Shown one piece after another: positions 55,244 through 64,000 of a stretch of 64,000 bases of DNA. The stretch comes from Balanoglossus misakiensis (lineage: Eukaryota; Animalia; Hemichordata). Location: NCBI GenBank assembly GCA_040954595.2, contig CM082585.2, forward strand, positions 12,266,341-12,330,340, written 5' to 3'. Within the stretch, counting starts at the first letter, position 1, and each line of letters starts with the position of its first letter. Under the pieces are notes generated by a model, which saw only the letters and a list, made by a program, of their open reading frames with translations, did not search any database and was not told the DNA's origin. A program made the translations under genes and the position numbers.

Positions 55244-56842
55244 TTATACTGTATCTGTGACATATTCAGCCATAACGTAACTTGGAAGTCCACCAACTGA
55301 GGTTTCAATGTAGTTGTCAACATCTGAAAGGGTACCAACATGAGAATCTGTCAATTTGTATCCAACCTTTTGAAGCCAAGAGAAAAATTGTTTCAAGTCA
55401 ACTCCAACTTCTTTTTGGGTCGTGTATTTCATCACGACAAAATGGATGTATTTTGGCGGATGCTTTCCTTCCAAAATGTTTTTCGCTCCATAAATGATCA
55501 AAGGGGCATACAACTCCACATCAACATTCAGTAGCCATATTTTCTTGTCTGGTATGACATCATCAAGCCTTTTCATATCCACCTTGTGTCTGGTTACATC
55601 ACAATCCAAATTGAAAGTACCTGAAAATAAATACAGGCAATACATAATTTACATCAGTTAAAGGGTGCACAATATGATACAGTGTGATACAAAGTCCAAC
55701 CTGTCTATAGTGGCCAGTCAAGGGAGTTTCCTAAGCTGGCCATTGTTTTCATTGTCAAACTTACCCGCCTCAATCCGTGCCATGGCTTGATTGGCTGTTC
55801 CTACTGACATACAATACTGTGAAGTTTCGTTTCCAAGCGCAATGTTGAAAGTGTCAATTGACTTCTCATCCATTTTGTTCAAGAAGATGCTTTCTTTCAA
55901 CAGTGCATAGTTGTGAGTCAGCGGTTCTATTGCAATCGTCTTGTATCCAGATGCAACCATGGACAGCGCCATAAAACCTGGTAAAAAGTACATTCAAAGG
56001 CAATGTTAGGAATAAGATATAGATGTAATGTACAAACAAATAAATTTGTAGATCATATTTCTAAGAGCCAGTTGTTCATGTGGAATGGATTGGAAATGCT
56101 GGAGACACACTATTGTGAAAAGCTGACAACTTTTCAAGAGTTACACTCCAATCAATTGGCATTGTGTGTACCTATGTGAGCTCCTGTCTCCACAAAATAA
56201 TAGTCATCCGGGGCCTTTTCCATGTACATCAATAGTTTGCTGACTTTCTCTCCTTCCCAGAAACCAGTGGAAAGTATCACTTTGCTTGCAGCTTGGTCTT
56301 TGTCTGGTGGATGCAGGGACATATAAAAACTGGGAATCCTGAAATGTTAGACAATGAAGCTGTAATGTATACACATGTATATTACCTGGTTCCACCTTCA
56401 GTGCAAACTATTCAGAACTAACTTTTTTGAAATGCTTCAAGCATAGAAATGTTTGAAGGTTAGAGTGAAACCGGTAAGAAAGATTTTGTACTTCGGCCTA
56501 CCTTTTTACACCTCTTGTAATAGCGATGATTAGAGGATTTCTGTTGGTATGTGAAACATGCTCCTCAAGAAAATCTCTTATTCCAGGAAGATCCACGGGA
56601 CAGCTTGGGCATTTCGGACAATCATGTACGCATTTCGGACAGGCTGGACAGTCCAGGGAATCTTCCCGACTGACCTTTACATGTTTCGTTCTCTCTTTAG
56701 CCTCTGCAAAATTTGTTTTTTGTTCCACAACCTGCGTCTCACCAAACTGCAATAAAGATGTACCAATGAAAAGTTGGAAAAGTAAAATGGCGCCGCCACA
56801 CACCATCCACAGCAAAACCATCATATTCAATCGGCACCTCAT
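55244..56842 (-). CDS. FkbM-family (Methyltransf_21-like) SAM-dependent methyltransferase, type II membrane protein
   Basis: Minus-strand exons 56842-56502, 56338-56172, 55977-55765, 55620-55244. N-terminal signal anchor, CPxC-repeat stem, TGFWE, motif I FVETGAHIGFMAL, IAIEP, FNIALG, RLDDVI...LLNVDVE, GY near the C-terminus. Confidence 0.85.
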
Positions 56843-57780
56843 GGTTTCATTTCGTCGCTAAAACGATCCCTTAAAATCGTAAACACGTGACAAAAATATC
56901 CACAATTTCTTCAAGCTTTGTACAGTGCTTTCTTTGACAGGCTGGCAAAATCGAAACATTCGCTTGTCACTAACCATTTCTTTAAGGCTTACATGAAAAA
57001 TCGATACTGGGTCATTCAAAGAGTTCCTCAACTTGGTCGATAACTTTTAATACTAAAACATTTATTTGCATCAGGACTGTCTATGGCTCATTTTAAAAAC
57101 AATTTGAAACAAAGCGCACACATAGATTTTATTTTATTTTTCTTTATTTCCCCCAATGAACGCTCATAACCCTTTTTATATTTCGGTAAATCAAGGGTCC
57201 AGAACTTTTTAAAACTCGACTGTATAAGTCCGATTAGGCCTATTTAGGCCAATTATTGAAGACCATGACCAGATGCACAACGGATCCAGATGGCTTTTCA
57301 CATGGATAATAGTAATACTCCGTAGGCCAACAGTATCGAATTTAGCAAAAACTAGTGGTATTGCCTTCTTTAGAACAAGTTTGTAAATTTGTTCCTAGGC
57401 CAAAGTTACCATCACCGTAAAAGAACAAACCAAACCTAAAGTTTCATTTAAAAAAATAGGCCTATAAAATGTTATGAGCTCTGGTGTTATCAGCTATCAC
57501 TTTCACTGCTGACGTTTTGGTTTATTCTCGTCTGTTTTCTTTTGACTTTTATATCTGAAAGCGATAATCGATGCTAAAACAGAACTGAAGTTCGAACTTC
57601 GAGATTATCCAGTCCATCTATCATTGCGCAGCCGCAACATCACGTGACTGTACCCTTTGACCCCATTAACCGGAACTAGCGGTCGACGGTCGTCAACGTT
57701 CACACACGTGCAGTGTATGTGTACGTACGTGTTCATGTAGTAGCGTTACTGAAATTTACACGAGCGTCCAGGTAGTAATC

Positions 57781-60700
57781 ATGGCATCACCAGATATTGT
57801 CAAGGGCCTCAAAATCGCCGCTGGCACTGCAGCTACCGCTGGAGTTCTCAACTACATCTACCCCTACTGGAGATATGATTTTCGTGTCCTGAATTTTGGG
57901 CGTCGCGTGATGTCAACATTCCGGGAGAATTTGGGGAAGAGGCATTTTGTGGTCGATATATTCATGGAGCACGCAAAATCGCAGCCGTACAAGCCGTTTA
58001 TTATACACAACAACACTATATATACCTACAGGGACATTGATATCATGTCTGACAAGTTCGCCAACTATGTTCGTCAACAGGGACTCAAGCTTGGCGACAG
58101 CGTCGCTCTGTTTATGTACAATGAACCAGCGTATGTGTGGATGAGTTTCGGCCTTGCGAAGTTAGGGATTGGCTGCGCTTACATCAACTACAACCTGCGG
58201 GGAGAGTCAGTTACACACTGTCTTGAAGTGTGTGGAGCCAAGTTAATGATCGTTGGACACGGTGAGGATATAATAGTTTTCTTTTCTTTTGATTCAACTT
58301 TGTTTTGAGTTCTTGAGACCAGGGGATCAAGCACTGATTTGGTAGTGCAATGTGGCACGGGCCCTTACCTAGCTAGTAAGTTTGTTTACCTTTCCATAGA
58401 CCCACTTTAGCCCTTTGCACTTTTCAGTCTATTAAAAGGATTATCTGATTCTGAGGCTATTGGACGAGATGTAGGTCAATTTGCTCTGTGTGTCGATCGT
58501 TACCGGCCGGCGGCCACGCCCCCAACCGGTTGGAGGATCAGTCGGTAAAAAATTTACAGCCCAAGCCAAAGTAAACCAATAAACTTTTTAAAGATGTATT
58601 GTGATATGAACTTAACCACAATTTGTCAATTTCCAGATTGTTTATCTCATTTCTTGGAGGTAGCACCAGTCTCCATGGTCAGATCGTCTATGCGCTTCGT
58701 TCATGAACTTGAACCACGTCACAGTTAAGGGACTGTGACCACGTCAATCAAAGATCGCGTGTTTTTTTCCCGGGGGTCAACCCCTATTGTTGATCGACAT
58801 TTACATAGGTCATGGTTACAAAACCAGGATGGACTGCAAAATTATTGCAGATGCGCGAAACTTGTGTGTACAAAAATGACCTGATAGAACTGCACTTCAA
58901 CTTTGTTTTGAAAACACTGGAAATAAAATTTAATTTGTTGACACTATGTCAAATAATGCTCATGGCTCTCTGAGTATTAAGTGTTGGCAGTTGGATGATG
59001 GCTTTAAAAGTCTTTCCAAACATTTTGACAAACAATTTTCTCATTTTAAATTTTTATAGAAGATGAATTGCAACGTGCAGCACAAGACATGTCTCTGGAA
59101 CTAAGAGAGAGAAACATTGACGTCTGGAGTTTCCATGGAGACAAGCAAGGATTCTTTAAGGATGTTCGAGATGAAGTGATGCAATCTTCTGAGAACCCCA
59201 TTCCAAAAGAAGTTCGAAGTGCTGTCGATGAAAACTCCATTTCAGCGTTTATTTTCACATCTGGAACAACAGGTAATGATCAAACTTTATTGCCACATAT
59301 TTTTGTTAGAAATAATTAGGCCAAAATAAGTAAACCCATACACTCATTGATTTCCAAGAAAAACACACACATACTTTTCTTGGGAAAACACCCAGTGTAA
59401 TTCAAAATTGTCTGACAAATTATTTTCTGTTTTTGTGTTTTTTTTCACAGGTCACCCAAAGGCATCAAAAATTTCCCATTTTCGTCACTTGCTTGCAAGT
59501 TTTGTTATGCTTGCCCAGAATGTAACATCTGATGATCGGTTGTACATTTCTCTTCCACTCTACCATAGTTCTGGATCCATGATTGGTCTTCCCATGGCCA
59601 TATCACTTGGTATGTATCAAGTAAATTTTTTTTCTAACAGTACAAATAATATGTTACCCATTTCTTGTCCCAAAAATAGAAATTTTGACGACCCCCATAC
59701 CTCCAGAAGTACGAGGACGTAAGGTCATGTAAGGGTCATGAAAGTGACCTACTGCTATGTGTTGCTGCTTACTAGCAATTCACTTGTCTCTCATGTAGGA
59801 ATGACTGTGATTTTAGCGAAGAAGTTTTCAGTTCACCATTTTTTGGATGATTGTCGCCGTCACAATGCAACTGTTATCCTGTACATTGGAGAAGTGTGTC
59901 GATACTTGCTAACATTACCAGAGGTAAGATTTTATGGCACTGAAGTATTTTTAGCTTTAATTTGGTGTTTAAACCAACGCAGCATATGAGATGCAGTTGT
60001 CATCCAACATATGTACAGACATGTACATACATTGTCATAGTAACAGCACATGTCCGCCATCTTGTTCTCTGAAACAGCTTGTCAGATGGCTTTGAAACTG
60101 TGTGTAGTAAAATGGTTTGTTTTCTACAAACTACTAGTATATTCAACAAACAATGGATTTTCATATGCCATATTCTCTATATTTTTATTGATATTCTTTC
60201 ATTCAGACACCAGAAGACAAGAGGCACTCAGTGCGAATAGCAATTGGAAATGGACTTCGTCCGGATATTTGGTCAACGTTCAAGAACCGATTTGGAATTG
60301 CACAAATCTCTGAATTTTATGGTGCAACAGAGGGACCTTTTGTTTCAATAAACAATGACAGTAGAACCGGGGCTGTTGGAAAGTTTTCACCTCTTCTCAA
60401 GGTAAGTTCACTTTGTTTGAAGTCCCAGTTACTCTAACTTTTGGCTGAGTACTCGTGTATGTTTGACACCGTTTGAATCTCTGTGATATGTTTTAACTAA
60501 ATCAGAAATAAAATCTGTTTGCTTTAAAGCGAATACTTGGATTTGAACTGATCAAATATGATTATGAAACGGCTCAACCCAAACGAAGCAAAGATGGCAG
60601 GTGCATTCCGGTCCAGAAAGGTAAGTTGAATTATGAATAATGAATATAAATGTAAATTTAGGAATTTGATAATAAAGAAAGCATGAAATAGTTTGGAAGA

Positions 60701-61908
60701 TTGGAATTTGGAACAAATTCTATTATATCCATGTAATGTGATTGATATAACCATTTGAAGGTCTGATTAGGAATTTTACTGCGTGAACATTTGAACATTT
60801 CTCAGAGAACAGAAATTGAAGAAGTTTATTGTTTGATATTCTTAGTAACTATTGTGGGAACTGTTATGTCAGTGACTATGTCATCTTAATAATTGCAGGT
60901 GAAGTGGGATTACTCATTGTTGCCATCAATGAAAGAGCTCGTTTTGATGGTTATAGTGGAGACAGAAAGTTGACCGAGAAGAAAATTGTTCGCAATGCTT
61001 TTCAAGATGGTGATGCTTTTGTAAACATGGGTGACTTGATGATTCTGGATAAGAATTACTACATGTATTTCGTGGACAGACTTGGTGATACATTCAGGTA
61101 AAAAATTCTATTGTCAAACAAAATATCTACAGGCGAACCTGTCTACAGTGCCCAGTCAAGGGACTTTCATAAACAGGCTTTATAGACAGGTGGCCTTTGT
61201 TTACAGGTCAGTTAATGTAAACTGTAAACTGCACAGGGACTGTAACATACTGGCCACTATATAGAGGTGGAAACTAACACAGGTTTGCCTTGTATTTGCT
61301 TTATCTTTTCTGCTCTCATGTAGATGGAAGGGTGAAAATGTTGCCACCACAGAAGTTGCTGAAATCATTGGAATGCACCCACCAATCAAGGAAGCCAATG
61401 TCTATGGAGTCCAAATCCCAGGTACTGTAGGCCAGTTTTTTTTTTTTTTTTTTGGGGGGGGGGGGGGCTAGTTTGGTGCAGTGGTGGGGTGGGGTGGATT
61501 CTATATGGTAGGGGATGTGGTAGCAAATTATTTTTTGGATTGTGCGCCTTTATTTTAACGTACACTGTCAAAATCTCAAATCCTTTTCTCTTTACTTCAG
61601 GTCAAGATGGCCGGGCAGGTATGGCAGCTTTGGTCCTCAGAGATGGATTGCAATTTTTTCCTGATGAGTTCTACAACCATGTCGTCCAACATCTACCCTT
61701 GTATGCTTGTCCCCGCTTTCTACGGATGATGAAAACGTTGGAAACAACTGGTACCTACAAGTATAAGAAAGGAGATCTCGTCAAACAAGGCTTCAATCCA
61801 AATTACATATCAGAAAAAATGTACTACTTGGACATCACACATGGTGCATACAAGCCTTTAGACAATGCTGCTTACTTATATGTAGTGGCAGGCAAAGCTA
61901 AGTTGTAA
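57781..61908 (+). CDS. SLC27A2: Very-long-chain acyl-CoA synthetase / fatty acid transport protein (SLC27A2/A6-like) with C-terminal PTS1
   Basis: Exons 57781-58261, 59060-59272, 59451-59609, 59799-59923, 60207-60401, 60530-60620, 60899-61097, 61324-61421, 61601-61908. AMP-binding [49 protein letters not shown] signature [33 protein letters not shown]; ends AKL*. Exact vertebrate paralog orthology cannot be resolved. Confidence 0.93.
61128..61294. mobile_element. TA-flanked Tc1/pogo (Tigger-like) MITE in an SLC27 intron
   Basis: TA-CAGGCGAACCTGT...ACAGGTTTGCCTTG-TA imperfect TIRs; the left about 55 bp recur at 55688-55740 in an FkbM-gene intron. Confidence 0.55.
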
Positions 61909-62789
61909 TTTTATTGTGGACAGAACAAGTCACTTCTGCACTCTGCACAGTAAGAGTTAGCGATGATTTGAAAATAAAGAAATATAAATATGCTTATAAT
62001 AAATACACTGATTTTTAATTTGAAAGCTCTCCGATGCTCATTTTACAAATGTGTGTAATTCCTGTCTTTTTAACATTTCGATTAATTCAAGACACCTTTT
62101 CCATAATTGTCAATTTTTTTAATACCATGAAATAAACTAAATTTAAACACTGGTTTTAAAGTGCTATTGCAGTCTTATCAATACTTAAAGTAGTCGGCAC
62201 TTCATTGAAAGTTTTTTAATTTTATCTTACATTTGTGGGCGAGAAGTTTTTTTATAAAAGAGATTACACTGTCTTGTCTTCATACAGTTTACACAGATAT
62301 ATAGTGACCAATCAAATTCTGTATCTTATACATAAAATTTATTACACAATATACATTGTCTTCCCACTTTTGTAGTGTTTTATTCTCAGGTTTTTGATTA
62401 ACAAATTCTTATGGGTGTTGAAACAAGACATATTACATTCCAGAAACATATATAATGCATTGTTGCCGTTTTTGTTCAAACAGGCCATATTTCTGTTTCA
62501 TGATTTCCAAGTGTTTAGGACTTTGTATTTTTGTTAAGCTTGACAATTTTTATTTGGATGAAAGTACAACTGTACCTATCTTGAAATTGATTTGACAATG
62601 TTTCGTGTTAGTGACCATTTTGGCACAATTTTACTGTTTTCATTTTCTTTCAATCTTGTAAACACCTGCACATACAGAATTTAGTGACAATAAAATTTAT
62701 GGCCAATATGGTTATTTATGAGAACTCTTGATTTTAGATTTTGTTGTGACTGCCAGTGTGTAAAAGTACTCTTTGTGATTACCGATAGC

Positions 62790-64000
62790 TCGTTACAGAC
62801 CAATTTGTCCTTTTTGAAAATTTTCATCAGCCATGAAAATTGTCCAAACATGATAAAATCATCAAAAGTTTGCAAAGTTGAGATTTTGTCTCTTTGAAGA
62901 TTTTCAGGAGCTATGACCCATGAAAAATGTCCAAAAACGTCAAAATCATTAAATGTTTGAGAAGTCGAAAATTTTTCTCTTTAAAGATTTATTAGCTATA
63001 ACTCATGAAAAATGCCCAAAAATGACATTTTCGAAAATTCGCAAAGTCGAAAAATTGTCATTTCTGGATGATTTTCATGAGTTATACCCCATGGTTTTTT
63101 TCAAAAAATGAAGAAATTTTGAAAATTCGCAAAGTCGAAAAATTGTCATTTCTGGATGATTTTCATGAGCTATAACCCATGTTTTTTTTCAAAAAATGAA
63201 GAAATTTTGAAAATTCGCAAAGTCGAAAAATTGTCATTTCTGGATGATTTTCATGAGCTATAACCCATGGTTTCTTTCAAAAAATGAAGAAATTTTGAAA
63301 ATTCGCAAAGTCGAAAAATTGTCATTTCTGGATGATTTTCATGAGCTATAACCCATGTTTTTTTTCAAAAAATGAAGAAATTTTGAAAATTCGAAAATTC
63401 GAAAAATTGTCATTTCTGGATGATTTTCATGAGCTATAACCCACGGTTTTTTTCAAAAAATGAAGAAATTTTGAAAATTCGCAAAGTCGAAAAATTGTCA
63501 TTTCTGGATGATTTTCATGAGCTATAACCCACGGTTTTTTTCAAAAAATGAAGAAATTTTGAAAATTCGCAAAGTCGAAAAATTGTCATTTCTGGATGAT
63601 TTTCATGAGCTATAACCCACGGTTTCTTTCAAAAAATGAAGAAATTTTGAAAATTCGCAAAGTAAAAAAATTGTCATTTCTGGATGATTTTCATGAGCTA
63701 TAACCCACGGTTTCTTTCAAAAAATGAAGAAATTTTGAAAATTCGCAAAGTCGAAAAATTGTCATTTCTGGATGATTTTCATGAGCTATAACCCACGGTT
63801 TCTTTCAAAAAATGAAGAAATTTTGAAAATTCGCAAAGTCGAAAAATTGTCATTTCTGGATGATTTTCATGAGCTATAACCCATGGTTTTTTTCAAAAAA
63901 TGACCAAATTTTGAAAATTCGCAAAGTCGAAAAATAGTCATTTCTGGATGATTTTCATGAGCAATAACCCATGTTTTTTTTCAAAAAATGAAGAAATTTT
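62790..64000. repeat. 88-bp tandem satellite running off the window end
   Basis: Unit GAAAATTCGCAAAGTCGAAAAATTGTCATTTCTGGATGATTTTCATGAGCTATAACCCAYGGTTTYTTTCAAAAAATGAAGAAATTTT; unit starts at 63121, 63209, 63297. Diverged copies at about 62790-63030. Confidence 0.95.

Overview
Eukaryotic, AT-rich, intron-rich animal genomic DNA. An invertebrate deuterostome (hemichordate/amphioxus-like) is a plausible source, but that is inference. Splicing GT-AG exons by hand gives, in order: the 3' exons of a sarcospan/MS4A-like tetraspan membrane gene (+), two tandem PLP-dependent D-cysteine desulfhydrase/ACC-deaminase-family paralogs (+) flanking an orphan 226-aa ORF, AMMECR1 (+), CLNS1A/pICln (-) head-to-head with TMEM164 (+), a type II membrane FkbM-family methyltransferase (-), and an SLC27/FATP acyl-CoA synthetase ending in a PTS1 (+). 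Repeats are a 1.6-kb 17/25-bp minisatellite, an 88-bp satellite at the right edge, a TTAA-flanked piggyBac-type MITE family, a TA-flanked MITE and microsatellites. The most notable observations are: (1) TMEM164 has two tandem homologous 101-nt exons that must be mutually exclusive, with candidate RNA hairpins around them; (2) the two desulfhydrase paralogs differ in N-terminal targeting signals and PLP-site residues; (3) the AMMECR1 3' region has five ACGCACA (miR-210 seed match) sites; (4) AMMECR1, CLNS1A and TMEM164 are linked. No database searches were run; all homology calls come from motif recognition.
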